From Pseudobacteriovorax sp. (GTDB taxonomy: Bacteria; Bdellovibrionota_B; Oligoflexia; Oligoflexales; Oligoflexaceae), in the NCBI GenBank assembly GCA_050293845.1, contig JBNKNM010000005.1, positions 1 through 64,000 of the forward strand: a stretch of 64,000 nucleotides of DNA. The letters are read 5' to 3'. The translations under genes were made by a program, and so were the position numbers. How positions within the stretch are numbered: the stretch's first letter is position 1; every line of letters starts with the position of its first letter. Positions 29,853 to 39,204 of the stretch are shown here, piece after piece. The notes under the pieces are model-generated. The model did no database searches, had not been told where the DNA came from, and was given only the letters and a program-made list of their open reading frames with translations.

Positions 29853-30971
29853 ATGAGAAACTTTCATCTGGTTCTATCCATATGCCTTCTGTTCGTAAGC
29901 GCTATCACTAGCGCTAATGCGGACACCATCAAAATAGCCGTTGCTGGTCCCCACACCGGGCCTTACGCAGCATTTGGCGAGCAAATGCTGCGCGGTGCTG
30001 AGAAGGCTGCTGCAAACTTGAATCAAAGCGGCGGCATTTTGGGCAAAAAAATCGAAGTATTAAAGGTCGATGATGAGTGCAAGCCATCCTCAGCTGTCAA
30101 TGCTGCAAATGACATTGTGTCAAAATACAAGGCTGCTGCTGTTGTCGGGCACTTTTGCTCTTCTTCCACAATCCCCGCTTCAAAAACCTATATGGAACAC
30201 AATGTCATCATGATTACCCCAGCCTCAACCAATCCTAAGGTTACTGACCGTCGCTTTCCCAATGTATTGCGCATGTGTGGTCGAGATGACCAGCAAGGGG
30301 AAGTTGCTGCTCAGTTTATAGCTCAAAAACTCAAGGCCAAAAAAGTCGCTGTTATCCACGATAAGACAACCTATGGATTAGGGCTAGTGGAGGCGATGAA
30401 AAGCACCCTGGAAACAAAGACACCCCAGGTTAAAGTCGCTATTTTTGAAGGCATTACTCGGGGGGATAAAGACTTCAATACCCTTGTGACTAAAATCAAA
30501 TCGCAAAATGTGGATGTGGTGTATTTTGGAGGCCTGCATTCGGAAGCTGGTCCCCTTCTCAAACAAATGCGCCAACAAGGTTTGGGAGCCGCATTTGTAT
30601 CGGGAGATGGCGTCGTTTCTAATGACTTTGTTACCGCAGCCGGAGGGGCTCAGTATGTTAAGGGTGTCTATGTTACCTTCGGACGTGACCCCCAAAAATA
30701 TGAATCTACTAAAGCTATAGTCAGCAGCTTTGTTAAAGACGGCTATAAACCTGAAGGATATACCCTATATTCCTATGCCTCTGTACAAGCCTTAGCGCAA
30801 GCCATAAGTGCCACAAAATCCACCAAAGGCAAGACGCTCACAGACTGGCTCAAAAACCATGGTTCCGATACGGTCATGGGTAACAAGAAATGGAATAAGG
30901 TAGGAGATCTTCAAAAAAGTGACTATGTCATCTACCAGTGGGATGACAAAGGAAACTACAACGAAATATAA
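29853..30971 (+). CDS. livK: Branched-chain amino acid ABC transporter substrate-binding protein
   Basis: Signal peptide, AGPHTG..A..G, VGHFCSSSTIPAS, GRDDQQG and HDKT.YG.G. Confidence 0.9.
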   Translation: MRNFHLVLSICLLFVSAITSANADTIKIAVAGPHTGPYAAFGEQMLRGAEKAAANLNQSGGILGKKIEVLKVDDECKPSSAVNAANDIVSKYKAAAVVGHFCSSSTIPASKTYMEHNVIMITPASTNPKVTDRRFPNVLRMCGRDDQQGEVAAQFIAQKLKAKKVAVIHDKTTYGLGLVEAMKSTLETKTPQVKVAIFEGITRGDKDFNTLVTKIKSQNVDVVYFGGLHSEAGPLLKQMRQQGLGAAFVSGDGVVSNDFVTAAGGAQYVKGVYVTFGRDPQKYESTKAIVSSFVKDGYKPEGYTLYSYASVQALAQAISATKSTKGKTLTDWLKNHGSDTVMGNKKWNKVGDLQKSDYVIYQWDDKGNYNEI

Positions 30972-31057
30972 GCAAGGCCACATTCACCCTTGCCCGATAA
31001 ATTCCTTATCGCTATTGTGAGCCCATCGAATCTTGCTGTTACGAAGGGATTGAGAGC

Positions 31058-31975
31058 TTGGATTATTATATCATTATTCAGCAACTCATAAACGGGTTAG
31101 TGCTTGGCGCTACTTATGGGTTGATTGCCATTGGCTACACCATGGTCTACGGTATTATCGGAATGATAAACTTCGCCCATGGTGAAATTTATATGATTTC
31201 CGCCTATTTGTCGGCCATTTTCCTAGCTGTCCTGGCTGCATTTGGCATCAGTTCGGCACCCTTAGCCATTGTCCTGGTATTGGTAGGTACTATGATATTT
31301 ACGGGCTTATATGGGTACCTTATTGAGCAGGTCGCTTATAGGCCACTGAGAAACAGCACACGCTTGGCACCTCTCATCTCAGCCATTGGCATGTCTTTGC
31401 TGTTGCAGAATTACGTTATGGTTAGTCAAGGAGCCCGCAACCAAGCCATACCCACCCTTGTTGAGGGTATCATCAGCTTTGGCGAAGGTAGCTCTTCCTT
31501 TCAAATTACTTATATTCAATTGGGAATCATAGTTATTTCCCTGCTGTCGATGTCTGGCCTCACTTTAATCATCACTAAAACGAACCTAGGACGTGCCTGC
31601 CGAGCCACCCAGCAGGATATGCTCATGGCGCGCTTGTTGGGGATCAACACCAATAGGATCATATCCAGCGTATTTGTTATCGGATCTGTCATGGCTGCCA
31701 TTGCTGGTTTATTAATTACCTTAAATTATGGCTCCTTTGACTTCTATATTGGGTTTAAAGCAGGTATTAAAGCATTTACCGCAGCCGTATTAGGAGGCAT
31801 TGGATCACTCCCGGGAGCTATGCTGGGTGGGATTCTGCTCGGGCTCTCCGAAGGTTTATTTTCTGGATTTGTTAATACAGACTACAAGGATGTATTTGCA
31901 TTTTCTCTTCTGGTAGGAATTTTAATCTTCCGCCCAAGTGGATTGTTAGGTCAACCAGAAGTAGAAAAGGTTTAG
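31058..31975 (+). CDS. livH: BCAA ABC transporter permease
   Basis: QQLINGL.LG..YGLIAIGYTMVYGIIGMINFAHG and KAFTAAVLGGIGS. Confidence 0.93.
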   Translation: MDYYIIIQQLINGLVLGATYGLIAIGYTMVYGIIGMINFAHGEIYMISAYLSAIFLAVLAAFGISSAPLAIVLVLVGTMIFTGLYGYLIEQVAYRPLRNSTRLAPLISAIGMSLLLQNYVMVSQGARNQAIPTLVEGIISFGEGSSSFQITYIQLGIIVISLLSMSGLTLIITKTNLGRACRATQQDMLMARLLGINTNRIISSVFVIGSVMAAIAGLLITLNYGSFDFYIGFKAGIKAFTAAVLGGIGSLPGAMLGGILLGLSEGLFSGFVNTDYKDVFAFSLLVGILIFRPSGLLGQPEVEKV

Positions 31976-31979
31976 TCCC

Positions 31980-33197
31980 ATGCTGTATCCCGTTATAAGG
32001 TCTTCATGCAGAGTTGCTTTTCTGGTGCTGCTGGTAACGATTCCTATTACCGGTATTGTCTTGGATGGTTATGGGTTTGATACCCATATTCTCCGCCCTC
32101 TTGTCATTAGCGCTATAGTTTTTCTTTTTAACCTCATCAAGGAACTGGTTCAGCCCTATATCTCGAAACCAAAAAATTTCGTTCCTGTCATTTCCCTCGC
32201 AAAAAGTCGCATTTTATATTCGCTTGTTGCCGCTGGTTTGATTATGGCGGTCCCCTTCATGGGGGGATCATTTTTAACCAATATAAACTTTGCCTTACTT
32301 TATGTACTCCTTGGTTTAGGACTAAACATTGTTGTAGGGCTAGCAGGACTGCTTGATTTAGGATTCGTCGCCTTTTATGCCGTTGGCGCTTATACCTATG
32401 CCTTAGGTCAGCAGTATTGGGGGATTAGTTTTTGGGCTGCTATTCCCATGGCTATGGCATTTGCTGGTTTTTGTGGAATGATACTCGCTTTTCCCGTTTT
32501 AAGAATGCATGGAGATTATCTGGCTATTGTAACCCTGGGATTTGGCGAGATCATCAACCTTATTCTTGTCAACTGGGTTGAGTTTACTAATGGACCTAAT
32601 GGTGTTGATGCTTTACCACCGACATTTTTTGGCATTGAGTTTGGTAGCTGGTCGCGCCAAGGAGGACCTTTATTTCATGAACTTCTTGGCTTGGAGTATA
32701 ATCCAACATTTGGAAAAATCTTTATTTACTGTTGTTTAGTAGCAATTGTGGCTCTTACTATTTTTATCTGTCATAGATTAAAAAACAGCCCCTCCGGACG
32801 AGCGTGGGAAGCTCTTAAGGAAGATGAAATTGCATGTCGCTCCCTTGGCATCAATCACGTAACAGTAAAACTGTCAGCCTTTGCTTTAGGAGCAACCATT
32901 GCGGGATTGGCAGGCGTTTTTTTTGCAGGTATTCAAGAACTCGTCAACCCAGACTCCTTCACTTTCTTTGAATCTGCTATTATTTTAGCTATTGTAGTTT
33001 TAGGGGGGATGGGGTCACTTCCTGGTGTTATCTTAGCCGCCCTTTGTCTTCGTCTTCTTCCCGAGTTTCTCAGAGATTTTCAAGAATATCGCGTATTAAT
33101 TTTTGGTGCGCTTATGGTAATAACCATGATCTGGAGACCATCTGGTCTCATAAAATCAAAACGACCGCACTACGATCTAAGAAAGAGTGCTTCATGA
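31980..33197 (+). CDS. livM: BCAA ABC transporter permease
   Basis: LGLNIVVGLAGLLDLGFVAFYAVGAY, GDYLAIVTLGFGEI and GRAWEAL.EDEIA. Confidence 0.93.
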   Translation: MLYPVIRSSCRVAFLVLLVTIPITGIVLDGYGFDTHILRPLVISAIVFLFNLIKELVQPYISKPKNFVPVISLAKSRILYSLVAAGLIMAVPFMGGSFLTNINFALLYVLLGLGLNIVVGLAGLLDLGFVAFYAVGAYTYALGQQYWGISFWAAIPMAMAFAGFCGMILAFPVLRMHGDYLAIVTLGFGEIINLILVNWVEFTNGPNGVDALPPTFFGIEFGSWSRQGGPLFHELLGLEYNPTFGKIFIYCCLVAIVALTIFICHRLKNSPSGRAWEALKEDEIACRSLGINHVTVKLSAFALGATIAGLAGVFFAGIQELVNPDSFTFFESAIILAIVVLGGMGSLPGVILAALCLRLLPEFLRDFQEYRVLIFGALMVITMIWRPSGLIKSKRPHYDLRKSAS

Positions 33198-34048
33198 CGT
33201 GCATTTTAGAAGTAAATAATTTAGGCGTTCAATTTGGAGGCATCCGGGCCTTAGATAACGTAAATTTTACCATAGAAAAGGGATCTATTACTGCTATAAT
33301 CGGACCAAATGGAGCTGGTAAAACGACGGTTTTCAATTGTCTCACAGGATTCTATCGATCTTCAAACGGAGCCATATTCTTTCACTCCGATGACAACAAA
33401 TACGCCATTGATCAATTGCTCGGACAAAGACTCTTGGTAAGGGATTTGGTAAATCCCAAAGGCTTTATAAAAAAGCTCTTTTATAAAATGTTTGGTGGTT
33501 CGCACCTAGTAGCCAAACTGGGAGTGGCTCGTACTTTTCAAAATATCAGGCTGTTTAAGCAACTTACTGTGATCGAAAATCTGCTGATTGCTCAGCATAG
33601 TCACTTGAGACGAAATCTTTGGTCGACTACTTTGCGTACCAAAGAATTTAAGGAATCTGAAAACAATGCCCTTCAGATTGCCGAAAAGTGGTTGGCAGTG
33701 GTTGGTCTTACAGGACAAGAAAACCGGCTCGCTGGTGAGCTGCCTTATGGATTTCAGCGCCGCTTGGAAATCGCTCGTGCCATGTGTACCGGTGCGCAAT
33801 TAATCTGCCTCGATGAACCGGCTGCTGGACTTAATCAAAACGAAACCCAAGAACTGGCAGCGTTAATAAGACGACTGCGGGATGAATATAAAGTTACGGT
33901 TGCAGTCATTGAACATGATATGTCCCTAGTTATGGACATTTCCGATCATATTATCGTACTGGACCACGGTGTTGTGATCGCTTCAGGTAAACCTGAACAA
34001 ATAAAACAAGACCCCAACGTCCTAAAAGCCTACCTAGGAGAAGAATAA
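33194..34048 (+). CDS. livG: BCAA ABC transporter ATP-binding protein
   Basis: ATG 33194 overlaps the livM stop. Walker A GPNGAGKTT, ARTFQNIRLF, LDEPAAG and EHDM. Confidence 0.92.
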   Translation: MTCILEVNNLGVQFGGIRALDNVNFTIEKGSITAIIGPNGAGKTTVFNCLTGFYRSSNGAIFFHSDDNKYAIDQLLGQRLLVRDLVNPKGFIKKLFYKMFGGSHLVAKLGVARTFQNIRLFKQLTVIENLLIAQHSHLRRNLWSTTLRTKEFKESENNALQIAEKWLAVVGLTGQENRLAGELPYGFQRRLEIARAMCTGAQLICLDEPAAGLNQNETQELAALIRRLRDEYKVTVAVIEHDMSLVMDISDHIIVLDHGVVIASGKPEQIKQDPNVLKAYLGEE

Positions 34049-34050
34049 CC

Positions 34051-34773
34051 ATGACCGCTCCGTGCGTTTTAAAGGTGTCAAACCTCATGGCGGCCTATGG
34101 TCCCATCAATGCTCTAAATGATGTATCAGTTGATATATTTCAAGGAGAGATCGTAACTCTCATAGGTTCTAATGGTGCCGGCAAATCCACTTTGCTGATG
34201 AGCATATTTGGCAATCCCAAACCCCTCGCTGGTAAGATTTATGCTTTTGGTGAAGATATTACCCATATGGAGACTCATCATATCGCTAGCAAAGGCCTTG
34301 CTATTGTACCAGAAGGACGTCACATCTTCCCTAAGATGAGCGTGGAAGATAATTTAATGATGGGAGCTATTAAAAGCAAAACAAAGTCTCAGCAGCAAGA
34401 CTTGCAGCAAATTTTTGAGTTTTTCCCTAGGTTAAAGGAACGCCTCCACCAGCGAGGCGGAACCCTGAGCGGAGGTGAGCAGCAAATGTTAGCTATCGGC
34501 CGTGCTCTGATGAGTCACCCTAAGCTTCTGTTGCTTGATGAACCCAGCTTAGGGCTCGCACCTTTAATTGTAAAAGATATTTTTAGAATCTTGAAGCAGA
34601 TTGCAGCTACCGGCACCACCATATTCCTTGTGGAGCAAAATGCAGGACAGGCATTAAAAATTGCCCAAAGAGGTTATGTGCTGGTAAACGGGCAAATTGC
34701 CATGACGGACAGCGCAGCCAATCTACTTGCCGATAAAAGGCTGCAAGAGGCTTATCTAGGGGGCTCCTCGTGA
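34051..34773 (+). CDS. livF: BCAA ABC transporter ATP-binding protein
   Basis: GSNGAGKST, VPEGR, LSGGEQQMLAIGRALM and LDEPSLGLAP. Confidence 0.93.
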   Translation: MTAPCVLKVSNLMAAYGPINALNDVSVDIFQGEIVTLIGSNGAGKSTLLMSIFGNPKPLAGKIYAFGEDITHMETHHIASKGLAIVPEGRHIFPKMSVEDNLMMGAIKSKTKSQQQDLQQIFEFFPRLKERLHQRGGTLSGGEQQMLAIGRALMSHPKLLLLDEPSLGLAPLIVKDIFRILKQIAATGTTIFLVEQNAGQALKIAQRGYVLVNGQIAMTDSAANLLADKRLQEAYLGGSS

Positions 34774-34819
34774 CATCACCCAAACTTGCCATCAACATGG
34801 AAGGGAATCGGGCAGGAGC

Positions 34820-35821
34820 CTAAACAAAGGCAGCTTCGCCACCCTGGGCGATAACAATTTTACCTTCCTCTTCAAGCTTTCTGGCGATTTGTACGATTTC
34901 AAATTGCATCGACTCCACATCGGAGAGCTTAACAGCTGACATGGCTTCCATATCTTCTTTAAGCATATTCCCTGCTCGTTCAGACATATTGCGAAAAACC
35001 AGCTCTGCAACAGCTTCAGAAGCGGTCTTCAAGGCAATCATCCATTGTTCTGGTTTTACAGCTTTGATAATTTCCTGTATACCGCGGTCATCTATCTTCG
35101 CTAGATCATCGAATACGAACATTAGTTGGCGAATTTGCTCTGCAAGGTCTGGGTCGCGTTCTTCGAGATTATCCAGAATTTGTTCTTCCGTAGCTTTATC
35201 GATAAGATTTAACATCTCAGCAATCGGCTCGACTCCTCCAATCTTCTGAGATGAAATGGAACCCATAGCCTGAATTTCGTTTCTTAAGACATCATCAATC
35301 TCATCGATGATTTCAGGAGCTACGGCATCAAGGTTTGATATTCTTAGAATAATCTCTGTATGTAAAGCTTCGGGTAACAGCTTGATGACCTCACCACATT
35401 TTCCAGGATCGAGATGAGCAAGAATGAGAGCTATGGTTTGTGGATGTTCATTGCGGATAAAATTCGTTAATGTCCGTGGATCAATGAGTTCTAGCGCATC
35501 AAGGTTTGCTGATGAACCTAAGGCGAGTTGTTCAATTAAGTCATCAGCCTCCCCCCCTTTAAAAGCGCTGCCAATGACTTTCATGGTAAAGTCATTGCCA
35601 CCATAAAAGAATTTTTTATTCTGTTGGAGAATTTCGTAAAATTCCATCATCACTTCATCGATGATTTCCTGCTCTAGGCGACCTAAGCGGCTCATAGCAC
35701 TACCGATCCGCTTAATTTCAAATTCAGTCATGTTTTTGAAGATTTCGGCAGAAATTTCTTCCCCGAAAGAAAGCAAAAGAATGGCAGCTTTTTGGGCACC
35801 CGTATATTTGTTAGTAGACAC
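34820..35821 (-). CDS. fliG: Flagellar motor switch protein FliG
   Basis: GAQKAAILLLS.G, EHPQTIALILAHL, MFVFDDL, ALK, NMS.RA...LKED and RKLEEEGKI. Confidence 0.95.
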   Translation of the reverse strand: MSTNKYTGAQKAAILLLSFGEEISAEIFKNMTEFEIKRIGSAMSRLGRLEQEIIDEVMMEFYEILQQNKKFFYGGNDFTMKVIGSAFKGGEADDLIEQLALGSSANLDALELIDPRTLTNFIRNEHPQTIALILAHLDPGKCGEVIKLLPEALHTEIILRISNLDAVAPEIIDEIDDVLRNEIQAMGSISSQKIGGVEPIAEMLNLIDKATEEQILDNLEERDPDLAEQIRQLMFVFDDLAKIDDRGIQEIIKAVKPEQWMIALKTASEAVAELVFRNMSERAGNMLKEDMEAMSAVKLSDVESMQFEIVQIARKLEEEGKIVIAQGGEAAFV

Positions 35822-36182
35822 CGTTTCCTCGTTTTTTCATAGACTATCATTAGATATGACGTAGGGCTAAGGCATAGCCAAATCCCTACTGATGTCCCGT
35901 GGGAGTCTTTTATCATCTTTTGATAGTATACGCTAAAATAGCGCTAATTCCCATGTACCCCGTGTCAAAAACAAAGTTGATCCTTTGGGAATTCATCAGG
36001 TATAAATACTTTTCGTTGGTATCTTTAGAGCCTAGTTCCATAGGCAAAGTTTTCTGTTTTCAATGGCTCTTAGTAAGTCATTACGGCTAGAAGAATGAAA
36101 GCGGCTCTATCCCATCGATTTCTAGTGAAGCTTGCTTATTTCATTACTGTCCTCAAGGGACTGTTTTCCTAGGAGAAAGTAC

Positions 36183-37382
36183 TTGGTAACTGCAGCGATC
36201 CTGACAATTGGAGATGAAGTCAGTTCTGGCCAGATTGTAAACCGTAATGCCGCCTGGCTTGCTAATGAACTAGAAAATTGCAAAATCAAAGTCTCCACGC
36301 ATTTGACAGTGCGAGACATTGAAGGTCAAATTGTTGACGCCCTTAATTATATAGAGACACGGGTCGACTTAGTCTTCACGACCGGTGGTCTAGGTCCCAC
36401 GCGAGATGATCTCACGCGCAACGCCGTATGTAAGTGGCTAGAAGAGGAAACGAAATTTGATGAAGCATCATGGGATCGCATTTGCCAACGCTTCAAAGGA
36501 TTTGGTGCTGCGATTACTGAAAACAATCGTCAGCAATGCTTCTTTCCCCAATCCTCGCAAATCATTGTGAATCAAGCCGGCTCGGCCAACGCTTTTTATT
36601 CACTGAAGAAAAGCTCCCAAACAAAGATTTGGTGCTTACCTGGCCCCCCCCTTGAAATCAAGCGCATCTGGCGTGATTATATTACAGAACAGATCGCTGC
36701 GGAAGTTCTGGTTCAGGATATTGAAAAATCAACACTGCTGCGTTGGCAATGTCTAGGAAAAAGCGAATCTGCTTTAGGAGAAATTGTAGAGCAAGCTATT
36801 GCGGGATCCACGTTAATATCTGGTTATCGGACTCACATCCCCTATGTCGAAATCAAGCTATGGACTCCCGACATCGATAAATTGAAAAATTCTCCCTATA
36901 TTTCAAGGGTGGAAAACGCAATTTCTCCCTGGCTTATCAGTAGGGACGATGAAAATATCGTAGAGCTTTTACTTTTGGAGTTGGAGAAATACGAACTGGT
37001 AAAGGTTATGGACTTCTCCAGTCAAGGTTATCTTGGTCAGAAATTCGGTATTATAAGTCGCCAGAATCATAACTTGGAATTGTCCCACCTCACCGTAATC
37101 AGCGAATGGGATTTGAGCTATGAACAGGGCGTGGTTTTTAAAGCTCTCGAACTTGCCGAACCTGAAGCTTTGACACTAGCTATGGGCTCCCTTAATTCCC
37201 AAGGTGAATGGGAGGTAGGTTGGAGCTACGATGGTGATATTCATGTTGAAGTCCTGAGTCTACCTTACAAAACTGCTGGCAGCCGGGCGGGGGACAGATT
37301 TCTAAACTTTCAAGGGGAGAGATCCATCTTCTATTGGCTCAATGCTTTACGCTCAAGGGAGTTAGAGTTATCCTACAATTAA
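36183..37382 (+). CDS. cinA: CinA-like (competence/damage-inducible) protein: MoCF-biosynthesis-like domain plus degenerate C-terminal domain
   Basis: AILTIGDE..SGQIVN.NA.WL, TGGLGPTRDDLTR and LPGPP.E. Start taken at TTG 36183 after AGGAG. Confidence 0.75.
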   Translation: MVTAAILTIGDEVSSGQIVNRNAAWLANELENCKIKVSTHLTVRDIEGQIVDALNYIETRVDLVFTTGGLGPTRDDLTRNAVCKWLEEETKFDEASWDRICQRFKGFGAAITENNRQQCFFPQSSQIIVNQAGSANAFYSLKKSSQTKIWCLPGPPLEIKRIWRDYITEQIAAEVLVQDIEKSTLLRWQCLGKSESALGEIVEQAIAGSTLISGYRTHIPYVEIKLWTPDIDKLKNSPYISRVENAISPWLISRDDENIVELLLLELEKYELVKVMDFSSQGYLGQKFGIISRQNHNLELSHLTVISEWDLSYEQGVVFKALELAEPEALTLAMGSLNSQGEWEVGWSYDGDIHVEVLSLPYKTAGSRAGDRFLNFQGERSIFYWLNALRSRELELSYN

Positions 37383-38395
37383 TTGCCAAATGGAGCCGGT
37401 TTCTCCTGAGTCCTTTTGCTATCATATATGGAGTTATGCAACTATTCAGACGGCTTTGTTATAAGGTGGGATTCCGCACCCCCACAAGATTCCCTGGATA
37501 TACAATATCTGTCGGCAATTTGGAGGCCGGGGGTACTGGAAAGTCGCCTGTAGTGATAGCTCTGGCACAAAAACTCAGAGAAGAAAACTTCAACCCAGTT
37601 ATCGTTACTCGCGGTTATAAATCGGGGCTAAAGGCTCGTGAGACCTTAGTACTTTTAAATGGCAAGATAATACAAGGAGATCCCCCTGCAAAGTTCCTTG
37701 CAGATGAGGCCAAGATGCAATCAGCGGCACTGCCGACAACCCCCATTATTATTGGCACCAAAAGGAGCTTGGGAATAGAACGTTATCTAAAGAACTTTCC
37801 CGCTGCAAGTCACTGGATTTTGGATGACGGATTTCAGCATCTGCAAATTCACCGGGACTACGATTTAGTGCTACTGGACTATCAATCTCCCTTTAGTAAT
37901 GGTTGGCCACTGCCATGTGGTCACCTGCGTGAATTCCCTATGACTTTATCCCGAGCCTCCGGGGTACTACTGACCCGGGCGCAATCTGAAGCCTTACCTA
38001 CAGCCCTGAAGCCCTATGAAAACATGCCCATATTCTTTGCAAGCTTCAGAAGCGATCAGTTGACCCATCGCTGCGGCCCCCATGTCGCCTTAAAGGAAGC
38101 AAAAATCTGCCTAGTGGCAGGTATTGCCAAGCCCCAGCAACTGGTACAAGCCCTTGGAAATATGGGATTAATTCCCATTAAAACCTACTGGGTGGCAGAC
38201 CACCAGCCCTTCTCACCTGAGCAGCTACTGCTTCAAGCAAAGGGCTGCCAGATACTGGTAACTACTGAAAAAGATTACCACCGAGATCCGCAAATTTTTG
38301 AGTTCTTAGGCATGGGGGTCTATGTGCTCTCCCTTAGGGCGAATATAGATACTTTCTATGATTCAAAAGAGTTTCATAAATTCAGGAACATCTAA
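37334..38395 (+). CDS. lpxK: Tetraacyldisaccharide 4'-kinase
   Basis: ISVGNL.AGGTGKSP, RGY, LDDGFQH, LP.G.LRE, AGIA.P, DH and TTEKD. Exact start uncertain. Confidence 0.92.
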   Translation: MAQCFTLKGVRVILQLIAKWSRFLLSPFAIIYGVMQLFRRLCYKVGFRTPTRFPGYTISVGNLEAGGTGKSPVVIALAQKLREENFNPVIVTRGYKSGLKARETLVLLNGKIIQGDPPAKFLADEAKMQSAALPTTPIIIGTKRSLGIERYLKNFPAASHWILDDGFQHLQIHRDYDLVLLDYQSPFSNGWPLPCGHLREFPMTLSRASGVLLTRAQSEALPTALKPYENMPIFFASFRSDQLTHRCGPHVALKEAKICLVAGIAKPQQLVQALGNMGLIPIKTYWVADHQPFSPEQLLLQAKGCQILVTTEKDYHRDPQIFEFLGMGVYVLSLRANIDTFYDSKEFHKFRNI

Positions 38396-38512
38396 AATAG
38401 AATATTTATCAAAAATTTATAATTCCTTAATGGGAATTCCTTTGCATTTCAGAACCAAGTCGCCTATAGGTAAGGCGAAATATACATAACTATACCTTAA
38501 AGTGAGGTACCG

Positions 38513-39199
38513 GTGAAAAAGATCTTAGTTGTAGAAGACGATCCCGATATCCGCGAACTTTTAAACTATAATCTTATGCGTGAGGGTTTTACGGTAACAG
38601 TTGCCGATAATGGTAAAGACGGTTTGTCTATTGCCATCCGTGAGAATCCTGACTTGATTGTCCTTGATCTGATGTTACCCCAGCTCAATGGTATCGAAGT
38701 TTGTAAGAAGCTTAGAGAAACTACCAACACACGGCAAACACCGGTTATCATGCTTACGGCAAAAGGTGAAGAAACCGATATTGTTTTTGGTCTCGGTATC
38801 GGGGCTGACGACTATATGGTAAAGCCTTTCTCCATTAAGGAGCTTATAGCCCGTATCTACACTAGGCTTCGTCAATACAGCACTGAAGGCACGAAAAGTG
38901 AACAAGACATTGTTCGCCACGGTGCCGTTGAAGTTGATAGAGCGCGCTTCCAAATTATGGTAGACGGTCAGCAAATCCCGATGACCCTGGCCGAATTTCG
39001 CCTATTTGACGCTCTTATTTCACGCCCTGGAATAGTGCTATCCCGCGATCGACTTCTGGATGCTGTCACTGGTGGCGAAAGCGTGCTCATCGATCGCAAC
39101 ATCGATGTTCATGTTCGCTCCATCAGAAAGAAGCTTGGGGAAGCCCGCGACCTCATTGAAACGGTACGTGGCCTAGGCTATAAGTTTAGGGAGATATAG
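38513..39199 (+). CDS. phoB: OmpR-family response regulator, PhoB-like
   Basis: Receiver (LDLMLP, GADDY.VKPF) plus winged helix (R.IDVHVR.IRKKL, ETVRG.GY), directly upstream of phoR-pst. Confidence 0.85.
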   Translation: MKKILVVEDDPDIRELLNYNLMREGFTVTVADNGKDGLSIAIRENPDLIVLDLMLPQLNGIEVCKKLRETTNTRQTPVIMLTAKGEETDIVFGLGIGADDYMVKPFSIKELIARIYTRLRQYSTEGTKSEQDIVRHGAVEVDRARFQIMVDGQQIPMTLAEFRLFDALISRPGIVLSRDRLLDAVTGGESVLIDRNIDVHVRSIRKKLGEARDLIETVRGLGYKFREI

Positions 39200-39204
39200 C
39201 ACCC

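Noticed and set aside
33044..33193. Long N-terminal extension of livG
   Set aside because: It overlaps livM. ATG 33194 (ATGA coupling) is the plausible start.
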